Part shown: in pieces, positions 32,870 through 46,548 of the stretch
Position numbering within the stretch: the stretch's first letter is position 1
Layout of the letters: each line of letters begins with the position of its first letter
Source of the DNA: Schmidtea polychroa
Lineage: Eukaryota
DNA: 64,000 bases
Assembly: GCA_044892525.1 (NCBI GenBank)
Contig: CM097885.1
Coordinates: 238,454,001 to 238,518,000, forward strand
Direction: 5' to 3'
The notes under the pieces: generated by a model
Seen by the model: the letters and a program-made list of their open reading frames with translations, nothing else
The model's database searches: none
Told to the model about the DNA's origin: nothing
Position numbers and translations under genes: made by a program

Positions 32870-33133
32870 GACTTGCTCCGTAAACTGGCCTCATCTTCTA
32901 GAGAGACCTGGACATCTTCCGACATCATTGTTTACCCTTGTGTTTTCCCTATTCTTAGGAATTTTGGTATATAAGTGTTCAATGTACTTGTATAATAATT
33001 CTGACAATAAACCATTCTCGTCTATATATGTGTTTTTGTTTATCTTAAAATAGTCGATCTGAAATTGGTGAATAACATTGAGAGTCGTAGAAAATGAGGA
33101 GCATTAGTCAGTTGGCAATCCCAGCTAGGAACC

Positions 33134-33430
33134 TTGCGATGGGGTGATGGAATGATTAGACGTAAGTCCTTCTATCGGCAGTCAGGGTTAGGAAGTCGAG
33201 GCCTCAGTAAGGAGTAGTCCGAAGGAGCTGGCTCACCTGCTTACTGGCGTCTCGCCGGCATAGCACAGTTCCAACGTGAAGCAATTCACGGGTGCTATGT
33301 TGGAACGTAGGTTATGTGCGGGTCCTGCTCGACGATGACAAAACGAAGGACGAGCTAAATCGATGTGGGCATTCATCCCCTAGACTGAAAGCTGCACTAA
33401 AAGGGGTCATCCGAGTAGCTACCCGCAACA
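33134..33430 (+). ncRNA. Conserved structured cis-RNA at the LTR 3' end (copy A)
   Basis: Motifs ACGTAAGTCCTTCTATCGGCA, GCTCACCTG, CACAGTTCCAAC and multiple stems with compensatory changes across five copies. Confidence 0.7.
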
Positions 33431-35560
33431 AGAGGAATAAAAATCAAAATATAACCATTTTTTTAAATACTTAAATTGGGCATGTAAATAGTTATTGGAA
33501 ACTTTATTTTTATAAATATTTTATGATATTATTTATTAAAAGTTTTTATGAGCTAATTAGAGAAGCCTTAAAAACTTAAAGAAATGTGCTTAATGAATCG
33601 AATGGGTAAAAAGATTTAAAACATTAATAAAAAAGTTTAGGTAAAGTAATGAAATGTGAAATATGGAAAATAGAGAAGTCTGGCGCAGTTAATTTTATGG
33701 TCAGTCGGTCATCCCAGAGACGCGTTAGATCATTAGTAGTCCTTGAAATTGGGCTCACCTTTAGCTGATAAGCAGGCCCAGCATGAGGCGGGTACGATGC
33801 GTGATTTTCACGCAGGCGCCACGGCGGAAAAATACAAAAGGCGGCAAAATTGTACAGAAATTTGTTATTTTCATAACAATTTCCATTCTATTGTTTAATA
33901 ACTAGTCCAATTTGAACAATATTGTTCCATCTGTGAAAAATATTTTTGTTTTGTATGCATTTATCGTTTTTTTTACTCTTATTATGGAATACGAAGGCGG
34001 TAATATGCAATTTTCACACATCATCTGAAACTCTAGCGCCGGTGCTGCTGATAAGCACTCACTAATCTACAGCACCTACATCCCTTACGATGGGAACCTA
34101 ATAGATTCATCAATAGGTATGTATAAGTGTGTAAAATGAACATGAGAAAGAGAAATAAATTGCGACAGCCAAATGAAAAGGGGAAATGATGTAGGAAATG
34201 GATTTTCCTCTAATCGAAAACCACCACTTGTAATGGGTACAGTCTGATCATATCATGTTTTGATCGGTGTTTATAACTATTATAACTAGAGCCATGATAA
34301 CAAAAAATGAGTTTGATTCACATTAGTAGTTATGGACAGAAGACTAGGTCAACTTTCACAACTCTACGATAGATAAATAAGGTCACCCGTTTGCGATCAG
34401 GGATTTTTAACAAAGGTATGAATTTATCTATTCTAGTGGGTCATACATCTGAAACGCTTTAGGTGGACGTCACCCATGTTGCAGCTATTGTAGCCAAGCA
34501 AGTCGAAACCCTGGTAAAAATATGTCGTTGAATGGAATTTATATAATTCATCCAGATCATGTCAATAAACTCAACAAAATGATTGAGTCATAGCAAAACC
34601 AAATAGAAGACATCATTTAATTATTGGGGATCTAAACGTCACGACCAGGAAGCTGACCCAGAAAAATTTCATTATGAGATTGGGCTGTAATGTTGATGAT
34701 AGGTTTGGTTCGAAGTTCACTCAGAGTGAACACAAGCGTTTTCTGGCAACTCAAAATGATTGTGTTGAGACCATTAAGTCTATAGGTGATTCCTCTAACT
34801 GTCATAAAGAAACCATCGAGTAAAGCACGCCCAGAAAAGAACTAGTGGAACCGAATTCAGGGATTAAAAAGACACTCTAATAATAGGACAAAACAAGAAG
34901 TTTTTTCAGATAATAGATCTTTTCAAGTTGCGCTTTGACGAATTATTTTGTTATTTTTTAAAAGATGAAATATCATATTTAGGATTTATTTTATTGGGAA
35001 TCTGTGATTGCATATAAGAGTACTTCATTTATTATTAAATGATTAAATATATTGAAAGTTGTGTAATATGAGAACAAGCAAGAGTTATGACGCGGAATCT
35101 TTAAGGCATTTTTCATTCCGTTTGAAATTTCATTCTTGTCGTATTCCCAATAAATCCTACAAGACGATTCCCTTACACTCGTAGATCGTAAATCGTTTTT
35201 GGTATCGGGTCAGTTATTATTGTAATAAAGTCACGTAAGATGGCTGAATTGCGAGATAATGCGAAAAAAAAACTTACTATAAATTCATTAAAATGTTCCA
35301 TCTTTAAATCGAATTTTAATCACAATAAATCATCTGTAATTCATGGTTTAGCCTCATTGAAAAGTAGATTACTAGGTTATTCTATTTTATTTTAAATCAG
35401 ATATTTTTGAAATTAAAATAGAAACTTTTTATTTAAATGTTGCTTTTATTTAATTGTGATATTTCAGAACAACTTTAAATAGCTTTTGTTTAAATTTTGT
35501 CATTGCTAATCTTAAATTAATTTGATTGTCCTATTTCGTATAAAATAGCATTGTTAAATA

Positions 35561-38500
35561 ATGGATTCGGTCTTTCAATCTATTAATGATATTATTACTT
35601 TGACTTTTAAAAGTATGGGGCTTATTAATTTAGAGTTAGACGATAATAAAATATTCAATCCACCTAATGAGAAATCTATTAATTCTGAGTCTAATAAATT
35701 GGGAGATATATTAGATATTATAAAATCTGGGTTAGTTGGTTAATTTTGTAATCTATATGTAATTTTGTAATTGTATTAGTAAAAAGGAGTTACTTTTTGA
35801 AATGATAAAGAATTCTGGTAGTGAAATATTATATGATGCTTTTCCTTCTACTGGTGATACGTTGATGCATTGGGCTTGTCTTAGTGGAAACTTAGATATT
35901 GTTTCTTTTTTAAAAGTTATTTATAAAAATGATACAAGTTATAATTTATAATTAAAAATTTTTATGATATTTTTAAGATCCGAATGTGTCGTGGTTATCT
36001 ATCATAAATTGTAAAAATGAATTACACCAAACTCCTTTACATTGGGCGTGTACAATTGAGAATCTTAGTGTTATTCAATTTTTAGTTAAAGAAGGTTGTG
36101 ATATAAATTCTGTAGATACTAAAGGCGTTACTCCACTAATTATGTGTTAGCCAATTTTTTTAAAAATAAAAATTCATTTTCATTAATATGTTTAGCTTGT
36201 CAGTATGGAAATATTTCTGGTGCTCTATTTTTGATTTTTAAAGGAGCGAATATATTTTTGACAGACGTTGAAGGCGATAATGCCTTACACTGGGCACTTT
36301 ATAAAGGTATAATAAATTTTTAGAATTTTGTTTTCATCTTAATTCAATTTTTTCTCATTATACTATAATTTAAGGTCAACAGTAAATCGCATTAATTCGT
36401 AAATTTTGATATAAAACAAAGATCAATTTTCAGTTTACATAAGTATATTTGTATGTATTTTTAAATTAAAGTATTATAGTGGTTTGAAGGTTTATAAATT
36501 ATTATATAATACTAAATAATTAATATGATTTGTAATCAAAATTATTTACCGTTGAAGTGTCTTGACAAATCTCGAATTTCGGTGTCAATCAGAGGTTACA
36601 TCTCCTGAAATTAACAAAAATAGTTGAGATATAATATGCCTGTAATGTTGGTGTAGCTACCGTTGCTGAAAGTTGAAGTCGATAGGGTTCGGTAGCATCA
36701 CAATGTGACAATAGTACCTATGCGTGATCAATAAGCGTGTCATTGTGTAGTTTCAGGATAATATATGGCAAGGGTGGGCACGCATGGGTTCAATAAGAGC
36801 CATTTTCCGAAAATTTATTTTTTTAAGAGCCGCATTTGCCCACCGTTGTAATAATAAATTTAAATAACTATATGGCTGAAATTTAAACAAAATAATAAAA
36901 AGACATTAATTTAATTTTAATTAGTTTAAAATTTTAAAATGCTTCATAAAAAAATCTTCTTACCAAATTTTTCAAAAAACACGAATAGAAAACTATACTA
37001 AAATATACAAACGACCGCAATCTTGTACAAACAAAATAATAACCAATCAAAATTCACTAAATTTATTTTTGATGCTTCTCTCTCGTTGTTATAACAAAGC
37101 GCCGCCTACTACAAAATAATTTTGAAAAGCAGTAAAATGTGAAAAACAATGTTTCGTTAATTTTTGACATTTATGAAAATACAATTGCAACAAAAAATTT
37201 TTTCTCAAAACATTTAGTGAAAAATTTCAAAATAAAAAATCGAATTCGATTATCAAGAATTCAATTATCAATGAGCCGCAGTTTACTCAACGAAGAGCCG
37301 CATGCGGCTCTAAGAGCCGCATTTGCCCACCGTTGATATATGGCATGGATTACTTCTTACGCAATGATTAATATCTATTATGTAATCGTCTGTAAGTGAC
37401 GTTTATTATATAATATTGTATTTCCTGGGATATTTGGATTGGTGGTTAAGTGCATCTTAACCCCTTTACAAAAGAAGGGCATGTCAATTGGACTAATGAA
37501 TCTACGATTGAAGAAGGGCATAGAAGCTGGTAATATTAAAGAACAAGTGTCAAAATGGAAGTACGATGACAGTTTTTAAATTTTGGTTTTACGTCAATTG
37601 AAAATTCAGATGCTCCTGGTGTGATTTGTGTCGTTTACTTAAAAACCAAATAAACAAGGTCTTCCGTTTAAATTTCAGGTCACATTTCCCCAGATCAAGC
37701 AACCTATCGTGACATCATTTTATTGGCCACGATATGATGGTACCATAATACAATGCCAATCACAAATATACAGACAATTGAAACAGTTTATTTATACCAG
37801 TGGTTCTCAATTAATATAAAAGCGCGGAACACCATTCACATGATTTTATTTACGCGGAACACTGACAAAAAATACTTGCCCACAATGGTGACCAATCACT
37901 AATTACTATAAATCTGTTGTAAACGTAAATAATGCCTTCTTATAAGCAAAGAAAATACCACGCGCAACAATAACAAGCAATAAAAACACTTTTATATTTG
38001 TATGTTTATATATATCTGTCTAACGGCTTTCTTATTGAATCATCTTGTAAAAAAATTAATTGAGGTTTTTGATGATATGTATCTTAAATGCAAATTTAAA
38101 GATAAAATGTCATTTTTTTCGCGGAACACTGGTTGAGAACCACTGATTTATACTCATACACTGAATGCATGTATTCCTGCTGGAATAAGTTACATTGTAA
38201 TAAATTGTCCTCTAGCCTGCCAAGGAACCTGCTGCAGCAGCTTTGTTGATCACAGTCCTCTAGTCAAAGTATCAGAGGAAGATTGTTGCAATTAGAACTC
38301 TTTTTGTCTAACTCAGTGATGGCGAACCTTTTTTTCTGGTGGGTCAAAATTAATTAAAAAAATATTCAATTCGGAGTCGCGGGTCAAACTAACTACATAT
38401 GTATCTTTAAAATTTAAACAATTATTATATTTACTTTTTTGATTACACTTTTATTTAAAAAAAATTATACAAACAATTCAGTAAACAAATAAAATATAAT

Positions 38501-41500
38501 TTAAATAAATAATATAAGAAAATTAATGTGAAATTTGCTGCTGATAATTTCAGATGATAATTTTTGTATATCTGGTTTATAAGTTGTTGTCCTTAATCTC
38601 ACACATGCAGCAGTCATTTCTTTTCCGAGTAGATTTCTTTCCGAGGACTTTATATAATTCAATGAAGAAAATAGTTGCACACAGTAATAAGACGATCCGA
38701 ACATTGTTAATAGAGCATTAGCTAAAGTTTTCATGCAAATAAATGTATTTGGCATAGAATTCCACGCTTGGAGTATAATATTTTCAATATTTTCTTCTGC
38801 TGATTCATTAAAAGAAATTTGGGAATTATTTAATTGCAGTTAAATCTTCAAATTTATTTCTCCATAAAAAACTATTTTGAAATTCTACCAACTCTATTTC
38901 TAAATTATTAATATTCAACCAACTGAAGACCTCTAATTCCAAATTTTTAAATTCAATACATGATAAATTGTAAACTAGTTTCCTGTTGTTTAAATTGAAT
39001 AAATCTGTTTTCAAAGGATTCTCTGATTTCTTTAATAATTAATACATAGTTATTGATTTTATTCTCGTTAACCTCAATATTATCCCTAAAATGCGTTGAA
39101 CTTTTAAAGTGTTCAAGTAAACGTGGAAAATATTTAAAAGTTTTCATATTCAAATCTTTTATAAAAATGTCCAATTTTAACACAAACGATTTAATATTTG
39201 CATACATATTTAAAGCAATTTGTCCACGTCCTTGAAGTTTCTTATTAAGCTCGTTAAAGTGCTGTGTTATATCACAAAATAACATTAGATCATTTAACCA
39301 TTGTAAATTTGTTTGCTCAGGATAATTTACATCCTTTTCGTGTAAAAATAGTTTTATTTCCTTAAGGATACTAACAAAACGATTTAAAACTAGACCGCGG
39401 CTGTGCCATTGAACGTTATTATACATTAAAAGTCCCGAATACTGGGAATCAATTTCGAATAATAATTCAGCGAATTCACGCCTATTCAGAGCTCGTGCAG
39501 ATATAAAATTGACAACATTTGTAACTGTTGCCATAACTTTCGAAAATGGTTGTAATCCTTTTTAACACACAGTACCTCCTGATAAATAATATAATGAAAT
39601 TCAACTAATGGACGTCCAATGTATTGTTTGAGCTGTGTAATAAATCCAACGTTTTTTCCAATCATGCTTGGAGCACCATCTGTAGTTACGGAAACAATCT
39701 TCTTTATATCAATATTCATTTTTTCAATTTCTTCTTTAAATCCATGCATCCATATCCACACCTGTTGTTTTCCTGTAAAATTTACTAATTTTAATAATTC
39801 TTCTCTCATAATATTCGCAGATTTGTATTTAGCAATTATTGCAACCTGTGCCTGACCAGTTATGTTGGTACTTTCATCCAACGAAACCGAAAACATTTCA
39901 GTATTTTTTAAGTCGGCAATTAATTGCATAGAAGTATTTCCGTCCATAGTTAAAATTCTGTCTTTTACTGTGTTCCGACTAATTGACAATTCTTTTATTC
40001 GTTTTATAATTAGATCTTTTTCTTTAAAATCGGAAAACAACAAATTGCTGCAATCTAAAAGAGCTGCCTTAAAAAACTCTCCTTCTGATAATGGTTTCCC
40101 ATATTTTGCAATTGAGTGTGCAAGCTGAAAACTAGCTGACGTAATATGTTTTTTGGGCACAACAAACGATTTCAACGTATAAGTTTCAGCTTGATATTTT
40201 TTTAACTCCTGCGAAAAGTATTCTTTTTTCTCTTTCTCTGTTAATGAAACTAGATTTTTGTGAATAGTTTCAAAATGTCTTTTTACATTATAAGTACGAG
40301 TTGTGACGTTCTCTTTGCACAGAATGCAAAGCGTTTTCTTATTTTTTTCAATTACTCCAAATTTGAAAAACCATTCTTCATGATACAGTCTTACCGTACT
40401 TGCTTCATTCGCCTTACGTTTTTTGTTCATTGACATCCTGAACTAATAATAAAAAATCTAAAAAAATTGCTAATAATAAAAAATCTAAAAAATTGGCTTG
40501 TAAAAAATTTATATTGTTAAATTTACTTACCAATTATTAAAACTATAACTTGCTAAATAATGTTTAATTATAATACCAATAGATTCTAGTAATAAGTAGA
40601 TATTTAAAACTTATTTATTTTTTATTATTTATTTTTGTTCGGTGGAGACATCTATATTTTAGTAATTTATTATTATTATACATAGTTTTTGAGATTCTAT
40701 TTTTAAAAGAAAAAAATGTTTTTTTTGTAAACCAATTATACCCTAAGTTCTTGTCTATAAGCCGGACTCGTGCATAAACCGGTTTCTCTAAATCACATAT
40801 ATTAAAAATTTTTTTTTTATCTTAGATAAGCCGGACTCATGGATAAGCCGTAAAGTTTTTAAGTAATTTCGCGCATATTTATTGGACCTCAACGTGCGTA
40901 ATGGTCGTAATCCCCGGGGGCCTGACATCAAAATTACAACCCCTGGATCTAAGTGTTAATAAATCCTTTAAATCAAAAATACGTGATAAATGGGAGAACT
41001 GGATGGTCAATGGATATCATTCGTTTACTAAGTCGGGACAAATTAAAAAGGCCTCATATTCAGAAGTATGTCGGTGGATCGACGAATGCTGGGATGAAAT
41101 AACGGTGGATTGCATTAAAAATGGATTTAAGGCTGCGAATATCTGTGAATATTCAAATGAAGAGGCAATAAGGGTCACTTGTAGCGAAGAAGAATTTGAA
41201 GAAGAATCCGAGAGCGAAATTGAATCAGAAATTCCAGCATCTTATAATGATATTCTTGAGTTTTTCAATACTGAATCAGGAGAAGAATTTGATGGCTTTG
41301 ATTAATCGAGAATTTAAATTAAAAGGAAAATTATTAGTGGGCAAATATTTTTTTAAAAATGCATAACCTTTTCATTTAATATATTTTGTGTATAAGCCGT
41401 ACTTATGTATAAGCCGATACTGTTTTTATGAATGTCGGGTTGATTTTTTTTTAGATAAGCCGCGGCTTATAGACAAGAACTTAGGGTAATAAATATATAG

Positions 41501-44500
41501 GATTTCTTAGTGTTTTGAAAAAAATTCAAATCTAACATTTAAAACTTTTTCTTGGGTATTTAAAAATAGTTTCGTGGGTCACTCCTTGACCCACGGGTCA
41601 TGGGTTCGCCATCACTGGTCTAACTGGTACATTATAAAATACTACTAAAATGACGTCATGTTCAGCTTCACCCACCCACGTTACGTTTTCGTGGAATGCG
41701 AGCGTGACGTAATTATGCAATGAATCCTTATGAGGTGTTTGTATAACTTATATTAAATTACTTTATGTATGATATTATATTGAAGTTCTTATTTAGACAT
41801 TAATTACTGTTTGATTATCTAAATATTGCATATATAAACATTACATATATAAACATGCTGTCTTTTTTAATTGATTCTATCAATCCCGAAATCTCTGGGC
41901 CCAATATGGCTACCACTATTGCAAATTTTATCAAGCCACCATAAACACGATAAGGATAGGGAAATTGAATGTTTTATCTTGAAAACAGAATATTGTAGAT
42001 GTCTACAGGTGAAATTAATGCTATGGTTTGGCAAGCGAAAATTTTCATTATACATAAAAATTGAGTAAAATGCCTTCACCAAAAGTAAAAGTCACATTGA
42101 TGATGTAAATAAAGTTCTCAATTATTGTTTAAAAAAAAGACGCAGCTGTAGAATTGTGTTCAAAAATCGAGAAAACTGTAGTGTAGATATAATAAATAAA
42201 GAAGATGACAAAATACAGTATTTAAAGCCATTCGGTGAAATAAAGAAAGAACTATAGCCATGTCTCGGGAGAAATTTACATGTTCAATTCTAACATGGCT
42301 TCAATTAATACATAGCAATATTATGCTTAAATTCCAAAAAATTATTGTTACATAGATGCTGGATAAACATGTGTAAACGGGAGTACTGCAGAACGCGGAG
42401 CAATAAATTTACGATATTGAAACTCAATCCTGCAACCGTTTCGAATATCATATTTGATATTTTACAAAGCGTATGAGGAACTAATCATCCATCGCCATTG
42501 TGTTTTTGAATTTTCTAATAATCTTCCCAAAGGAATCCCGTTTATCTCCGTAATCACTTTATCCGAACAAATTTTAAAAATTGGAGAAGTTTTAATATAT
42601 AATTTACAGCTTAAAGTTCGAATTTCCAGTAAGTATATGTTACAATGAATCAGGGGCGGATCCAGACCATCTAGTGAGGGGGGGGGGTGATTTTTAGGTT
42701 TTAGTGGCAACCGCAGGCAAGCCCACAAATCGTAAAACTTGTTTACTTTTTTTTCTTTGAGGCTCATTATTTTTGATTATACACCAACCGGCAATTGATT
42801 ATCATCGAATGGACATTGATTTGGCTTTTTTATAATATAAATATTAACTCACCTATAATAAATGTGTGTGTGTCATAGACAGATGTGACATTAAATTGGC
42901 AATTATACTATAGAAAGATAGAAAAATCTCTGTTGAAAGAAAAATGAAAAAATACACACTATAGGACATTGATTTAGCATACGGACATTTAATCAGCTAA
43001 AAATGTTCAATTTAAAATTAATTAATTATAAAAAAAATCTATGAGGATATGTCAGAAGCTTCATCAGAATCGACTATTCCGTTTCAAGAAATTCATAGAT
43101 GAATGCTCTTTCAATACATGGACGAATAAGAGATTCGGTAGATCAAGAGTAGGCAATCGAATTTATAGCAATATACCAACAAATCGAGGTCCCAATATTT
43201 CTCTAGTTTTGGCAATATCCAAAGATGTGTCAATCCATTCACAAATCATTATTGACTCTTTTAAAAGGAATCATATCAGTCATTTATAACCGAATTGACT
43301 GAAACGATGACTCTCGATTCATTTTGATCCATGATAATGCATCCATCCACAATAATATATCTTCATTGAATAATCAAATTGAAAAGTTGCCATATAATCC
43401 ATTTTTGAACCCCATCGAAAGTGTGTTTAGCAAAATTAAAAATGGGGTAAGGACTAAAGTTTCTTCGGCTGATGGATTTAGCAGACAGATTTACCTTCAA
43501 TGACTGATTTACTGCAATATCCCAAGCAGTTAACGAGGAACTTCGAAAACCAGATCATAGTAATTTCAAAAATCATATATTCATTTGAATAATCATATTA
43601 AAGATTCTTCCCTAAATGCTTGAAGAAACTGGATATTTTAGGTGAACTATGAAAAATTTAATGTATATTCAAATAAATATCTTCTTTTTTCATTATTTTA
43701 ACATAAAAACTTAAAATATAACTAAAACCAAAACAAAGCTCAATTGACATTGCTAAATGAATGTCTCATTAATGATAATCAAATGCACTTTGGTGTAGCA
43801 ACAATCTATAATATTATAAACTGATATTAAATTAATAATACACAATTATTTAAAAGTTTTAATTTTAAAAGTAATTTGTATTTATTATTTATTGTATTTT
43901 TAACTAACACAGCATGGTGTTTGAAAACTGAAGTAAATTAGGTAATATGAATTTTAATAAAGTTGTGCGGTGCGTATTTTAAATCGGACTATTGGGATAC
44001 CAATATACGACGTCATTTTATAGTTACATTACATAGATTAGGACAATAGAAGAATGATACTCAAACTTTACTCAAACTAGTCTAACAAATAAACTCTCTA
44101 GTCTTCATTAAATGTTTGTATTTTAAATTTCAATAATTATAAATTACTTCAAAATATAATTTACAACAGTTTGAACATTTTGTTGGCATTGTATACTTTC
44201 TTTATAAAGAGCTGCAAAAGCCAAGTAAAATTCGATAAAGAAATATCTTTCCAAATAATATAAGGGGGCGATCGGCCTCTATATTGATCCGCCACTGCAA
44301 TGAATCTGGAAAACACAAATCCAAACAATTTACCATTTTATTATCGTTATCAAAAATCCACTTGGATGAATGGTTTAATAATTAATTTGTCTCAAAGGTG
44401 TAAAGCAATATTTAACAAAATAATATTTTCATCGAATGACAATTAAATTGCTCCTGATGAAATAAAATCTGTAATTTTTAAAAACTTTACGCGTGATCTT

Positions 44501-46453
44501 GTAAGTATTTTAATTCTGTATTGAAAAATTATTGAGTATAAAACATAAATTATGACCTGAAATGTTAGGCATAATTTTTCTGAATTTTTTTTGAAAAATG
44601 CTCGCCAAAATCTCAAATATTTAAATGACACAAATAATTCAATTTTCATTGGATATCGTCAAAAGTTACACAATTTTCGTTTATTTTTATCAAATTTTTT
44701 TTAAATCATTCGCCACTAATTCAATTCCGTTCCAATCTACAGCTGATAAATTGAATGCGTTACAAATATATTAGATAGTAGATATCATTCCATTCTTAAT
44801 CTTATATTTAAGAAAGTTTCTTTGTTTAGGGCATCCGGAATTATCTCGTTTGTTAATATTTTATGGTTTAAATTGTAATCAAAAAGACTCATTTGGTCAA
44901 ACTCCATTGCATTTCGCTAGTCTATCGGGAAATATCAGTTGTATAGCCGATTTGATTGAAAGGGACAATGTTGAAATCAACGTATACGATAATAATAACA
45001 AAACCCCATTAATGTTAGCAGCCGGTAGAAGGTATAGAGTGATTACTGAATATCTAAAATATCAAATTAATAAGCGCGTTAATAAATTGTCTTCCTTTAG
45101 TCGATTAAAGTAATTAATTAGCTTCATTATATAACGCGTTTATAATAAATTCAAGATACAAGATTATGGGAGCTCCGAATAAAAATAGATTTCCGATGAT
45201 CTTTCTGATTTTGTGTGCATTTTTGTGGGGAAATCCATATTATTATTATGTGGTTAGATTTTACTTATTATAACATCCTAATGAAAATTGACAAATTTCT
45301 AGATTCGCCCGAGTTCTATAAGCTATGCGCAATTCACTAATTTTTTATTTATTATTTTCCAATGTTTGATGTGGGTTGCTTTTTCAATGACAGCTATTAT
45401 AGATCCTGGGTATATGGTACACGATGACAAAACCTATGAAACTGTGTTAAATGAAGTATATCTCTCGAAAATCCGATAGTTGTTATGAAGATATTTTATT
45501 TCAGATAAAACTATTGGATAATTTTCGAAACGTGAAAATTAGGGATTATAAGAATCCATTTAATCAATTGTGTCATAGTTGTAAATGTATTCGATTAATT
45601 CGTGCCAAGCACTGTAGAATATGTAACAGATGCGTTGATGATATGGATCATCATTGTCCATATGTTGGAAATTGTATTGGCAAACGTAATAGGTAATAAT
45701 TAGGTTGTGAAATATTTACAGAGATTTGCACTAATTTCCCTTAATTTCTTACTATTTTTAAATATATCGATTATTTTATTTATTATATAATACAATCTCT
45801 TTTAATCCATACCAATCGGGAAAATATCAATTGACGACAGAACTTGCAGTGCAAAAATAAAATCACTGATTGTAACCTGCTCAACACGATAAGCAAAGTA
45901 TTCGGCTCTTATATTTTGATGATATCTTACAATATCATTGTAATTCAATAAAAAATAAATTAATATTAGATTTTCATTAGATTTTAATAAAATTGTGTGA
46001 CGTTGTGGGAACGATGTTGACTATATCGTGTATGTTAACTTCCTAATATGCTGTATATCTCTGAAAAAATATATACATGCCAAATTTCTATTTGCCTTTA
46101 TTATAATTTCTTATAGGCGCTAAACAAAAATTGTAATTGGTATTGGTTATCATAGGTGTAGCAAGCATAACTGGTGCCCGGATACGGTAACTTTTTGCTC
46201 CCCCTGAAAAACGGATGCCGGAAGAAAAAGCCACGGAAATAAAAGTCACAAATGTGTAAATAAAACTTTATAATTTATTTGAAGATTGTTCAAATTTAAT
46301 TTGTATGTATTTTCAAGATATTTTTATCATTCATTCATAATTTTTAATATTTTAAATAATAGAATAAAATAAATAAATATATTATTATAAAATTCTGGCA
46401 TTATATTAGGCATAATGGAATATAAAGTTATTGAAAGTCAATGTTATGCTTTG

Positions 46454-46548
<95 letters not shown>

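Larger units (their letters stand above)
29434..33430 (+). mobile_element. Giant solo-LTR-like element copy A (3997 bp)
   Basis: agag|TGTTG...CAACA|agag. A-rich 5' block, CCAAT/TATA, internal ORF and 3' structured RNA shared with four other copies. Confidence 0.88.

Noticed and set aside
32392..32928. Antisense 178-aa ORF over the LTR gene
   Set aside because: Shadow of a GC-rich sense ORF; conserved motifs are on the other strand.
33150..33300. Group I/II intron, RNase P or HCV/dicistrovirus IRES identity for the conserved RNA
   Set aside because: Diagnostic cores (P7, domain V, CR-I/CR-V, pseudoknot motifs) not found by eye; needs an Rfam scan.
33184..33430. LTR RNA as telomerase RNA or H/ACA snoRNA (GGGTTAGG; hairpin then ACA)
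   Set aside because: The telomere-like word is in one copy only and in non-template sense; no H box is conserved; the ACA is explained by the LTR terminus CAACA.
33650..34900. Possible LINE endonuclease relic (IIGDLN)
   Set aside because: Single short motif in stop-riddled sequence; insufficient support.
35240..35376. Upstream ATG exon for the DHHC gene
   Set aside because: Splicing to the nearest acceptor gives an in-frame stop; more likely 5' UTR or uORF.
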